A DNA stretch of 64,000 nucleotides from Opitutaceae bacterium (GTDB lineage: Bacteria; Verrucomicrobiota; Verrucomicrobiia; Opitutales; Coraliomargaritaceae). Positions 38,676 through 48,359 of the stretch are shown here, one piece after another; the first letter of the stretch is position 1, and each line of letters opens with the position of its first letter. The stretch spans positions 32,001-96,000 of the forward strand of contig JBPOFY010000010.1 in assembly GCA_051252375.1 (NCBI GenBank), written 5' to 3'. The notes under the pieces were generated by a model. The model made no database searches. It was not told where the DNA came from and saw only the letters and a list, made by a program, of their open reading frames with translations. Position numbers and translations under genes: made by a program.

Positions 38676-41039
38676 TTATAGGTGGTTGTTAGTTTCTAGG
38701 AGGTAAACGGTCCCTAGGGTGATGTACTGCACATTGAGTTCCGGAGTATTCGAACCACTCCCCGCCGCAGTGGTGATAGTGTTGTTACCGTTGTTAACGG
38801 TAAACGAGCTGACCGAAGCGGTCAGCGTTCGATCGAGATTCCAATTGTTGTCGTAGACCTGCACCGAACTTCCCCCTTCAAACTTCATGTATTCTCCCGG
38901 CTGAATATCGCCCGAGACCGACAAAGTGCCCGTCCCGTTAACCGTGATAACTGGATCTTCAAGTGCAGTAGAGGTTTCAACCACTCGGATCACTACCTGT
39001 GGCTCTTGCAATAAGTAAGGATTGGACACCGTGATCGTCGTGCCCGTGGTAATATCCTGAAAACGCGGGATCGCCCCCTTCTCCTGATCGATCCCGTAAA
39101 AGTCATCTTCCCCCGAAGTTCGCCCCATTACGCGATGTGGCGTAAAAATGTAATCTCCGCTACCATCTTTACTCAGGACCGGAACATCTTCGCTAATGAT
39201 ATGGTTACCACTAAAACTCGTCAGTCCATCAAGATACGCAGCATCGAGATCATCAAACACCGGCGCCAGTTCGAGCCAATACTGGAAGAGTTGCACGACT
39301 TCAGCGGTGAGGCCATGCGTATCGTAGATGGTCTGACTCAGGCCGCCACCACTATAAGGTTCCGTCAATAATGGACGGCGACTACCGATCACTACGCCAT
39401 CAATCGCATCAAAGTGTGTATCCAAAATACTGGTGGCATAGCGCGGGAGATCCTCTAAACGAACACCGACTCTGAGCGGGAAATAATTCAGCGACTTATT
39501 CGCTTTAACCGCACTGAACTGCTGCTCGAAGTTCGCAGGTATACTCTGTCCTACCTGACTGGAAGTAACCGGATGCTCCACCAAGCTGTAAATGTAGTCA
39601 AAAATGTCACGTCGGTGCCATGGAGTGATATCCATCTGGGCTGAACCATCGAAGTGAAGGTGATCTAAACCTGCATCATTCACAAAGGTAGCATACTCGA
39701 GTGCTAATTCTCTTGAGAGACTACTGCCCGCCGCAAACACATCATCACCGGGAATGAACATATCATTAGACCGAAACAGGCTGACCATCTCAACTGCAGC
39801 ACTGTGTGATGCAGGGTTGGTCGCGCCGTAGCCCCGAGTGCAGTCCTCCAAAATCCATACATCATCATCGGTCCGCGTGAACTTACCGACTTCTATGATC
39901 TCTTCACCGATGCGAAAGAAATCATACTCAAAGCGTCCACCCACATGAGATTTGCTCCCACGTAGCGGAACGGTCTGCCCTGCATCGGGCGTGAATCGAA
40001 TCGTGCTAGCGGAGCTGTTGATCGATGCTTCGAGCGTGCCTGTGATACCACCGCCCAGACGCCGGTCGACTAAACTCGGAGAAACATAGTCTTCGTCAAA
40101 TTGCCCGATTCCAGGACTGAGATTATGCAACTGTAATTGAATACCACTGGTTTCCAGATACTGCGAGTAAGCGATCAAATCAGACCTCCCATTGGGGAAT
40201 ACAGCCGTATTGACGTCCACCTGCCCCTGATAATCGAGTTTATATTCGCCCCGCCATGTGGCCGTATGCAGATAGACCCGCTTGACGTTATTCGCAATCG
40301 CGAGGTTAGCTGTGAGATCGTTGAGTTCTTGCTCGGTCGAAGCTTCCAAGCCAACCGAACTCTGCGTGGCAAATTTCGTCTGATACTGAGCAACCCAGAC
40401 CAGCACATCAGCTTCGGTCCAGGTGCTCTGCCCTCCCGGACGAACCATGTAGCCGGCCGCGTTCTGAGTAGCCCAAATTTCAGCGAGTGTATCATCCAGC
40501 GTAGCACCCGTTAAAGTGCCGTCATAAAGCACAAAGCTACCAATATCTCCATTACCTCGAACACCCCAGAGGTAGAGCCAGTCCAGATTAATTGTTGTTC
40601 CCAATCCATAAGGCGAGGTGGCACTGGTCGAATCCGCTAAATCATTGAGCGAAAAATGTCCAATATTAGCATTGGACCTGAGAACCAACCGAAGCCCATA
40701 ATTACGATCAGTTCCGATACCTGTCACATTAATCAGGTGAATCGCTAAATGATTGTCATAAGTATCGATCCGAAAAGTGAAGCTGGTTGAGGTGGTAGCG
40801 TCCGATACCGTGATCTCATTCCCATTGGTAGAGATCGAACTTAAATGTGTATCGCTAATGTCTTTGCCATCAAAGTAACGAAGATGGAAACCTGCGCTGG
40901 CGTTCGCGGTAAAACGATCCACACCGCCCAACTCCAAGGTCGCTGGCTTAGCGGAACCGTCAAAGGTCAACTGTGACACGGCATACACCCACATGGGTTG
41001 AACTAAAATCAGGAAACAGAAAACAAGATGTCGAAGCAT
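38676..41039 (-). CDS. Secreted hypothetical protein, candidate TIM-barrel glycoside hydrolase of unassigned family
   Basis: Signal peptide; VFPNGRSDL...SGIQLQLH and LDHLHFDG segments; N-terminal domain shared with the downstream 1931-aa protein. The CDS is solid, the function is speculative. Confidence 0.7.
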   Translation of the reverse strand: MLRHLVFCFLILVQPMWVYAVSQLTFDGSAKPATLELGGVDRFTANASAGFHLRYFDGKDISDTHLSSISTNGNEITVSDATTSTSFTFRIDTYDNHLAIHLINVTGIGTDRNYGLRLVLRSNANIGHFSLNDLADSTSATSPYGLGTTINLDWLYLWGVRGNGDIGSFVLYDGTLTGATLDDTLAEIWATQNAAGYMVRPGGQSTWTEADVLVWVAQYQTKFATQSSVGLEASTEQELNDLTANLAIANNVKRVYLHTATWRGEYKLDYQGQVDVNTAVFPNGRSDLIAYSQYLETSGIQLQLHNLSPGIGQFDEDYVSPSLVDRRLGGGITGTLEASINSSASTIRFTPDAGQTVPLRGSKSHVGGRFEYDFFRIGEEIIEVGKFTRTDDDVWILEDCTRGYGATNPASHSAAVEMVSLFRSNDMFIPGDDVFAAGSSLSRELALEYATFVNDAGLDHLHFDGSAQMDITPWHRRDIFDYIYSLVEHPVTSSQVGQSIPANFEQQFSAVKANKSLNYFPLRVGVRLEDLPRYATSILDTHFDAIDGVVIGSRRPLLTEPYSGGGLSQTIYDTHGLTAEVVQLFQYWLELAPVFDDLDAAYLDGLTSFSGNHIISEDVPVLSKDGSGDYIFTPHRVMGRTSGEDDFYGIDQEKGAIPRFQDITTGTTITVSNPYLLQEPQVVIRVVETSTALEDPVITVNGTGTLSVSGDIQPGEYMKFEGGSSVQVYDNNWNLDRTLTASVSSFTVNNGNNTITTAAGSGSNTPELNVQYITLGTVYLLETNNHL

Positions 41040-41352
41040 TTGGGTATAGGGTATAAAAAGAAATATAAGTCTGGGGCTTAGCGACCGTAGGGTTGCGGAG
41101 CTTGACTACGAAACCAACCGAGAACAAGGAAAGAGCCGTGGTTGAGGGTATAAAGCTAAATTATACCACACATAATCGGCTAAGGTATACCCCCCCATTT
41201 AGGGGGGGGCTCTCCAGAATCCCAATAGAACTGCGGGACTGCCTAGGTTCCTCCCTTATTCCATTTGGCTCAAAATTACAGCTGGGTGTTTCTGAACTGC
41301 GTTTCGATGATTTGTATACGGTAGTGAACTAAAAGTTAATGGCATCTTCAAA

Positions 41353-44300
41353 TTATGCCAGCTGCACCTGAATATCCAATTGCTGATCAGCCTTGAGCGT
41401 AACAGGACCTTGGAATGTGAGACGTAGATCGCTACCGTTGGTATCAAGCTTTGCCGCTACAGTCCGCCCACCTAGCTTCGCTTGCGCGGACGTGGCTTCT
41501 TTGCCTTCAGCAGCTTGAAGAATCACTTGGTTTAGGCTGACCTGACCTTCAGCTATATTGATCGATGCTGTCAGTTGGCTTGCACTGCGTTTTTGCGAAT
41601 AGAGACCGTAGCCCTCGGCTGCCGTATAGAAACTTGAGTGCTCCTCCGGAGTGAGGATCGGACGAAACGCGATAACACCTTTCGGACCATCGTAATGAAA
41701 TCCCTGAAGTGCAAGCAGTGCGGACCAGACGCTAAGCGAACGACCATAGAATTTCCCACACTCGTCGTCGCCGAAAGGATTGCCGGAATAGCCCCATGGA
41801 CCGTTCCTCACCTTGGACACACCCTCGGTGCGAAGGCGACCGTTATAGCGATCGTAAATGATCTTCATCACCATGAGACCTTCTTTCAGCAGACCATTTT
41901 GAATCAAGGCCACTGCGGCACTGTATTCGAAACCAGTCATCACCTCATCGCCGTATTTCATACCAGGGATCGGTTGCGGATCTCTTGGCCATGTGATCAT
42001 CTTCATGCCACCGTCGGTGACTTCGCAATACTGGCGCGGCTTGAGTGAGTGACCTTGGAAGTCGGTCAGGAAGTTGTATTTCAGCAATGACTCCATAGCC
42101 TTACGGGAGCGCTCCTTCGGATAACAACGGTCGATATCAAGCTGGTCGGCCCACCACTCCCCGAGGATCTGATCGATATGGCAACCATCGAGATAGTCCT
42201 GGCTGCGCTTCTTACCCTGTTTTTGAATGTAGTATTCACCATTCCAGAGGCGTTCGTCTTGAAGCTTCTTACCAGACTCGCGGATTTTGCGCCATTCGGC
42301 TGCCTTGGCTGAATCGCCCATAACATCGGCCATACGTGCAGCTGCTTCGAGCGCAGCCAAATACATGCTACCGATCCATGAAGAGCAGCCCATAAAGTCA
42401 CCATCTAAAGTATTGTGCTGAGTCGTTTCCATGAAGCCGTCACGGCTCGGATTCCAGTAGCCGATACTCCAGTCCATGCCTTTTTTCACCAGCGACCATT
42501 GAGACTTCAGCCAGTTGTCATCTGCAGAGCAAAGGTGCTCACGGTAAGTATTTAAAATAGTGCCATAGAAACCATCTGCTGCCCCACTCTTGTTAGTATG
42601 GCGATACGGGGTCAGCCCTTTTGGTGTTTGACGCTCGTAGTCCTGCTCACGCATGAGTCGCCCCATTTCTGGAAGTAGCCGCGCATGCGATTGGGCATAA
42701 TGATAAACGTGGGTGCAATTACCACCACAGCATCCCGCGGTTTCATTACAACCTTCCCACATGCCTAGGTAACCATTCGAAGACCACCAGAAAGTTTGAC
42801 TGCGCAAGACCGCAAGCTGCGAGCTCATCCGATCGAGTAGCCATACCGGTATGGTGGATGCATAGAGTGTCTTATGGAAGCGACGCGTGCGCGCCGTAAG
42901 GTCTTCGAGATTGTCTTTCAGATAGCCCGCAAGACCCATCGCATTTGGCCACCAGTTGGTGTAGTTCTGTCCTTCTCCGCTCCAGCCGACACTGTTCGAA
43001 CGCCCTTCGCCTTCCAAGGCGATCGATTTACCTGATCCGTGTTTACCCGCGGTAAAATACCAAGCCAGCACAAAGGTGACGGACTTGGATTCACCCGGTG
43101 CCAGTTCCAGCGGCGCTAAGAGCGCTCCGTTCACAGACTTCCCGGCTGCCGAAGCACCGGTCTTAGCGGGACCTTGTAATTTGCGGGCAATATCAACTGC
43201 GCGATGTAACACATTCGTAGTGCCCCAGTCTGTCGCAGCGGTCGCGCCTACGGCATCAGTCATCAAGACCATGTCAGCGTTGTTAATGCCGTCACGAGTC
43301 ATATGAATGAGCGTCGTGTCACCACTCTTTAAAAGTTCATTCTGATTCTTACCAAAATTGTTACCGCCTCTGCCTTCGTTAAAGCCGAGCGCATTTTTCT
43401 GCGCGGACAGAACATCGACCATCACCTTAGTGCTAGAAGTATTCTTCGCAGTAACGGTGTAAATCGCGCAGGGGATAGCACATGCTTTCAGATCCATTGG
43501 AATGAAAGGATTAAAGACTTCCAACTCTACCTCGACCGGCAGTGCAGACTCCTCAAAACGATACTTCGCGAAAGGATACTCACCCTCGAATTTCAAGGAC
43601 GACATCGCCGCAAACGGACCAACCGACTCTGTCTGCAAAGCACGCACGACCGACTCGCCGCCCTCAGCTTGTGCACGGATTGCGAGGAAACTATCGTCCA
43701 CGCGACGTTCTTCGTAGTCACAGCCAATCTGCCAAATAGCAGGCTCGGCTTTACCGTTAAACTGAATCGCACCCGCACCGATGCCACCCACCATAAAGTT
43801 AATCGCCTCTAGGCGCTCACCTTCATAGACAGTCGTTTTACCGTGTCCGGTCAGGTCGGGGTCATTCAGCATCGCTTGAGCCTTCGCCTCACGAGTCGCA
43901 TCACGTTTTGCTAAAACAGCCGCCACTAAGGCACCCTCTTGTTTCAGTTTTTTCTGCCAGTCCGAACCAGCAGCTTTAATGTGCGCTTGAATCTCAGCCT
44001 GTGTGAGTCCACGTGCATAGCAGGCGACTTCGTCGAGCGAAATATTAGTCGAACTCCAACCGTTTGAAACAGGCGTGCTGCCCAGCGTCATGGTGGTTTT
44101 CTTGGGCCCCTTGCGTGTATACTCATACGCACCACCGACCAAGCTACACTCATAACCATCGATGTAGGCGCGCACATCGAGGTCGAAACTTGTAAGTGCG
44201 AAATGATACCAACGTCCGACTTCAATTGGCTTATCCGTCGGCAGGTTGATCTCAGTAACCACCATGCCATTGTTATTCTGATAGAGCAATGTGGAGAGGT

Positions 44301-44769
44301 CGCTCTTAACACCGATCACATACAACGCGGACTTGCCTGTGCTTTGCGCGATGATGACAGGGTTGCCGTCACCAGTTGGCTTGGAATCGATCTTGAAGAA
44401 AAGCTCCAATGTCGTAGAGCGGCCTTTGAGCTTATCGGCATTCGCCACAAGAATGGGCGAGTTGGGTTCGAGGCTGATCGCCTTGCCATCAATTGCCCCA
44501 TCTACAAACGAAGATGCACCTTTGCTCGTTGCCTTCGATTTACCGAGCATGTCGACCAGATCTCCATCAAAACGCCAGTAGCCTCTCAAGGATGGATCCG
44601 ACTTCAAAACAGCGGCATAAGACTCACGGCTCCCCGCTGCCATCAATGGTGCAGCAGCGATACCAGCGGCAAAAGTTCCAGCGGCCACTAAAAAACGACG
44701 GCGTGACATATCCGGCGAAAAGCTCGAAGCCGCTATATCGAATGAGGTAGAGGTGGGTAAATTCTTCAT
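41353..44769 (-). CDS. GH116-family glycoside hydrolase with N-terminal LamG/ConA-like domain, Tat-exported
   Basis: SRRRFL; GYWRFDG...GRWYHFALT...LDEVACYARGLT (LamG); GGIGAG, WEGC...GNCTHVYHYA, QHNTLD, EVMTGFEY. Confidence 0.87.
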   Translation of the reverse strand: MKNLPTSTSFDIAASSFSPDMSRRRFLVAAGTFAAGIAAAPLMAAGSRESYAAVLKSDPSLRGYWRFDGDLVDMLGKSKATSKGASSFVDGAIDGKAISLEPNSPILVANADKLKGRSTTLELFFKIDSKPTGDGNPVIIAQSTGKSALYVIGVKSDLSTLLYQNNNGMVVTEINLPTDKPIEVGRWYHFALTSFDLDVRAYIDGYECSLVGGAYEYTRKGPKKTTMTLGSTPVSNGWSSTNISLDEVACYARGLTQAEIQAHIKAAGSDWQKKLKQEGALVAAVLAKRDATREAKAQAMLNDPDLTGHGKTTVYEGERLEAINFMVGGIGAGAIQFNGKAEPAIWQIGCDYEERRVDDSFLAIRAQAEGGESVVRALQTESVGPFAAMSSLKFEGEYPFAKYRFEESALPVEVELEVFNPFIPMDLKACAIPCAIYTVTAKNTSSTKVMVDVLSAQKNALGFNEGRGGNNFGKNQNELLKSGDTTLIHMTRDGINNADMVLMTDAVGATAATDWGTTNVLHRAVDIARKLQGPAKTGASAAGKSVNGALLAPLELAPGESKSVTFVLAWYFTAGKHGSGKSIALEGEGRSNSVGWSGEGQNYTNWWPNAMGLAGYLKDNLEDLTARTRRFHKTLYASTIPVWLLDRMSSQLAVLRSQTFWWSSNGYLGMWEGCNETAGCCGGNCTHVYHYAQSHARLLPEMGRLMREQDYERQTPKGLTPYRHTNKSGAADGFYGTILNTYREHLCSADDNWLKSQWSLVKKGMDWSIGYWNPSRDGFMETTQHNTLDGDFMGCSSWIGSMYLAALEAAARMADVMGDSAKAAEWRKIRESGKKLQDERLWNGEYYIQKQGKKRSQDYLDGCHIDQILGEWWADQLDIDRCYPKERSRKAMESLLKYNFLTDFQGHSLKPRQYCEVTDGGMKMITWPRDPQPIPGMKYGDEVMTGFEYSAAVALIQNGLLKEGLMVMKIIYDRYNGRLRTEGVSKVRNGPWGYSGNPFGDDECGKFYGRSLSVWSALLALQGFHYDGPKGVIAFRPILTPEEHSSFYTAAEGYGLYSQKRSASQLTASINIAEGQVSLNQVILQAAEGKEATSAQAKLGGRTVAAKLDTNGSDLRLTFQGPVTLKADQQLDIQVQLA

Positions 44770-44819
44770 TCTGAATTTAGATAAATATTCGATGTGTCAA
44801 AATATAGGGAAGTGTCTCG

Positions 44820-45815
44820 TTATTTCTCAGACCACTCAGCGTCCCAACGTTGAATGTAAGGAAGCCCCTTCCCCTTAGGTGCGTATTGCAACTCCACCCC
44901 CCAGTCGACATGCTCGCCAAGGCCATTATCAGTGAAGGCTTCTGGTCTGTAACCACCCGCACCAATTGGCCCACCCTTGACACTATGCGTCTTTATGAAA
45001 TTGAGACCATCTTCTGAATAAAGAATCGAATTTGTGATATCCTTGGGACCTGTCGTTCCAATCATCGCAGCCACTCCTTCACCCTTTGGCCAAACGATGA
45101 CTTCATGGTTCCCTTGGATAATTGGATTGTTCTCATACTTCACATAAGGCCCTTCAGGCTTATCCGCGATAGCCACCCCCATCTTGGTTTGAGCAGGGCT
45201 CTTCCGCTGCTGGCGCCCTTTGTAGTAGAGCCAATACTTACCATCTCGAACGACTAAGCAGGCATCATCAATCAAATGGCTGTCAAATTGAGCAGGATCA
45301 TCGCTGTTAATCAAAGCGGGATTGGTAGCTAGACGCTCCCATGGACCATCTGGTGAGTCCGACACTGCAATACCGATTTTGGAATCAGGATTGAAAGGCT
45401 TTTTGTAAAAGTCATTCGACGTGCCAGTGTAAAATAACCAGTAGCGACCTTCAGCTACGAGAATGTTTGGCGTAAAGACACTCGCGCCTTCCCATGTGCC
45501 AGGCTCGCCTTTTGAAAGCGCCATGCCTTCCTCCGTCCAATCGAGACCGTCATGGGAAGTGGCATACCACACAGTGGCATCGTAGCCCGGAGCAATCGGT
45601 CCCTTAGAATACCAGACATAGTAGAGGTCATTTACTTTGATAACGTCACTCGGATCGCGGCGCATAACGCCCGGCTCCAAGCCAATCCCTGAAAGTTCCG
45701 TATACGTAATACCCACGGTGCCGAGTTTCGGAGCCTTTGCATTTGCTTGAACTGGCGTCGTTGCCAATGCGAATAGAGCGAGTGAGCTCAATGCTTTGAA
45801 TATATTGATTTTCAT
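44820..45815 (-). CDS. GH117-like five-bladed beta-propeller glycoside hydrolase, secreted
   Basis: RRDPSDVIK...YYVWYSK, SVFTP, DSHLIDDACL, LYYKG, GNHEV. Confidence 0.8.
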   Translation of the reverse strand: MKINIFKALSSLALFALATTPVQANAKAPKLGTVGITYTELSGIGLEPGVMRRDPSDVIKVNDLYYVWYSKGPIAPGYDATVWYATSHDGLDWTEEGMALSKGEPGTWEGASVFTPNILVAEGRYWLFYTGTSNDFYKKPFNPDSKIGIAVSDSPDGPWERLATNPALINSDDPAQFDSHLIDDACLVVRDGKYWLYYKGRQQRKSPAQTKMGVAIADKPEGPYVKYENNPIIQGNHEVIVWPKGEGVAAMIGTTGPKDITNSILYSEDGLNFIKTHSVKGGPIGAGGYRPEAFTDNGLGEHVDWGVELQYAPKGKGLPYIQRWDAEWSEK

Positions 45816-45844
45816 AAGTATCTTATAGAATGATTATCGATTGT

Positions 45845-48319
45845 TTAAATGATTTTTGACTGCCCTGCCTGGAGAGTGATCAGCTCGCTAAGCTGATCTT
45901 CATGATAGACACGAAATTTAGTATCCCGCGTCGCACGGATTGTAGCTTTCTTAAGCTGACCATCTTTCCACTCAATATCGACCTCAAGACCACCACGTGC
46001 CCGCAGACCTTTCACGGAGCCACTTGCCCAAGCAGATGGCAATGCTGGCAGTAGATGCAGTATGTAAGGAGCATTCATCAACTCTTTGGTTGGCGGCACT
46101 GGAATGAAAACATTCGGACGTTTTGGGTCTTCCTTGTATGCAACAAACGCGGCCTCTTGAATGGTCTTTGCATCCTGATCGACGCTACGCAAATGACTCT
46201 GCACAAGCATTTCGCAAACACCTGAGACACCGCCGAAGTTGCCATCAATCTGGAATGGTGGGTGAAAATCGAAGAGATTAATGTGAGCACGCTTCGCGGT
46301 CAAAAACTTCACAAACTGATGCGCCTTGTCACCGTTGTGGAGACGTGCCCAGAAGTTAGTCTTCCAACCAGTGCTCCAACCAGTGGATTGATCGCCACGG
46401 TGCTTCATGGTGACGAGTGCTGCGTCGGCCAGCTTGGGTGTGGTGAGTGGCGAGAAATCACGACCAGGGTGAAGCGCCATGAGATGCGAGATATGGCGGT
46501 GTGTATTATTAGGCTCATCCCAATCTTCTGGCCACTCCTGCACTTGACCATGCTGACCAATACGCTGTGGGCTGAGTTGCGGGATTAGCTCCATCAATTT
46601 TGCGCGAAGCTCTGCGTCGCGATCGAGAATCACAGTGGTTTCAATCACATCGGTAAATAGATTCAGCACCATCTGCTGATCCCAAGAGGCACCCCAAGTT
46701 TGTTTGTTCAGCTTGCCGTGTTGCTTCGTTAGGTAAAAGTTTTCAGGAGACCACGTCGGATACACGACCAGTGAACCATCTTTGTAGGGCGCAAGAAACT
46801 CTGCAAAGAATTCCGCAGCCCCTTTCATAATCGGATACGCTTCTTCGAGGAATGCTTTATCACCTCCAAAGGCATAGTGCTCGAAGAGATGTTGAGTCAG
46901 CCAATGCCCTGCCTGCTGTGCACGGCGCCCATGTTCGTTCTGAGCGGTAAAACCAAACACATTACCATTCAGACCCATGCTCCAGCCCTTATTGATGCCG
47001 AAGGTTTCGCGGGCAGTATGCTTACCGGACTCTGCAATCACCTTCATATATTCCATGTAAGGTGCAAACGACTCAGGTAAATTGGCAGTCTCCACCATCC
47101 AGTAATTCATCGCTAGATTGATATCGGTATGGTAGTCGCAGTTCCAAGGTGGCTTCAGAGCGGTATTCCAGAGACCTTGTAAATTCGATGGCACTGGTGC
47201 ACCCCGCGAACAACTAAACTGGAGATAACGAGAGTAGTTCATGTAGAGGTTTTCCAGCTCGATACTGCTCCCTTTTTCCAGGAGCTTATCTGTCGGCAAC
47301 CCCGAAGGCTTATAATCGAGCTTCAGCTGAAAGCGATCCGTCAACGTTTTGATGTCTGAGACATGAAGCTGCTTTAGTTCGTCGTATCCGAGGGCAACCG
47401 CTTGCTGCATGATTTCAGCAGAATCGGCTTCGTAATCGCGCCCCTTGAAACTAGGATAAACTGGAAGGTAATCATTATAACCAGCGACATAGATAACGAC
47501 TTCGCTGGCTCCTGACACTTTGATCGAGCCATCTGCTTGAGCGACCACTTTACCGCCGACCGCATCGACATTGACCACTTGCAGGAACTCGACCGGATCA
47601 TTCGTCATCTGAGCCGAACCCTTGAGGCGAATCTGACTTCCTTTCGATGCAACGGTATGATTCTTGTGCGCCGTCTTAGCTGCAATTGTTAGATTCAGCT
47701 GACCACCTTCAGCGGTATAACGAGCGGCGAATACATCCTGCGGATAACTGACAAAATATTCCCGAGTATAACTCGCGCCTCCGAACTCGTAACTGACAGA
47801 GCCAAGTCCTGTTGAAGTATCGAGTGCACGCACATAATTTTCCGCGCCTTTCATATCATGACCAGTCAGCATTTCTAGATCCACAAAAGGTGCATAGTTG
47901 CCGAGCTTCTGTTCTGTCGCATGATACTTAGTCGACATTGACTCCATGCTGCCTTCTTTGGTGCCGTATTTACCCTCTCGATACGCTTGGCGAACTGTGT
48001 CCAGATGCTCACCAGCTCCAATGCGTGTGCTGGACTGCTCGACCTCGCCGAGTCCACGATGCGTATTCATCCATAGCGTGATATCATTAAATACCAAATA
48101 CTCGCGATCGACACCACCCGAGAACATTGCACCCAAGCGCCCGTTCCCCATGGGAAGCGCTTCGGTGATATACTTCTTACCAGTCGGCGCCCTCTTGGCG
48201 ACATCTCGATTGATGTCTGTCGTCGCCGGCTGATTGTAGAATAGTGTGTGCTGCGCTTGAGCGCCTACGAGGATAACCCAAAATGAGGCAATTGAGATAA
48301 GGGGGCATTTGAACTTCAT
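45845..48319 (-). CDS. GH95-family glycoside hydrolase (alpha-L-fucosidase/alpha-L-galactosidase)
   Basis: [56 protein letters not shown]. Confidence 0.92.
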   Translation of the reverse strand: MKFKCPLISIASFWVILVGAQAQHTLFYNQPATTDINRDVAKRAPTGKKYITEALPMGNGRLGAMFSGGVDREYLVFNDITLWMNTHRGLGEVEQSSTRIGAGEHLDTVRQAYREGKYGTKEGSMESMSTKYHATEQKLGNYAPFVDLEMLTGHDMKGAENYVRALDTSTGLGSVSYEFGGASYTREYFVSYPQDVFAARYTAEGGQLNLTIAAKTAHKNHTVASKGSQIRLKGSAQMTNDPVEFLQVVNVDAVGGKVVAQADGSIKVSGASEVVIYVAGYNDYLPVYPSFKGRDYEADSAEIMQQAVALGYDELKQLHVSDIKTLTDRFQLKLDYKPSGLPTDKLLEKGSSIELENLYMNYSRYLQFSCSRGAPVPSNLQGLWNTALKPPWNCDYHTDINLAMNYWMVETANLPESFAPYMEYMKVIAESGKHTARETFGINKGWSMGLNGNVFGFTAQNEHGRRAQQAGHWLTQHLFEHYAFGGDKAFLEEAYPIMKGAAEFFAEFLAPYKDGSLVVYPTWSPENFYLTKQHGKLNKQTWGASWDQQMVLNLFTDVIETTVILDRDAELRAKLMELIPQLSPQRIGQHGQVQEWPEDWDEPNNTHRHISHLMALHPGRDFSPLTTPKLADAALVTMKHRGDQSTGWSTGWKTNFWARLHNGDKAHQFVKFLTAKRAHINLFDFHPPFQIDGNFGGVSGVCEMLVQSHLRSVDQDAKTIQEAAFVAYKEDPKRPNVFIPVPPTKELMNAPYILHLLPALPSAWASGSVKGLRARGGLEVDIEWKDGQLKKATIRATRDTKFRVYHEDQLSELITLQAGQSKII

Positions 48320-48359
48320 GAATATATAATTTTTGAATTAGGCAGTAAAAGTGTGGATT

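Noticed and set aside
41093..41447. Small ORFs in the spacer upstream of the 787-aa gene
   Set aside because: No recognisable features; one overlaps the GH116 stop and the region looks regulatory.
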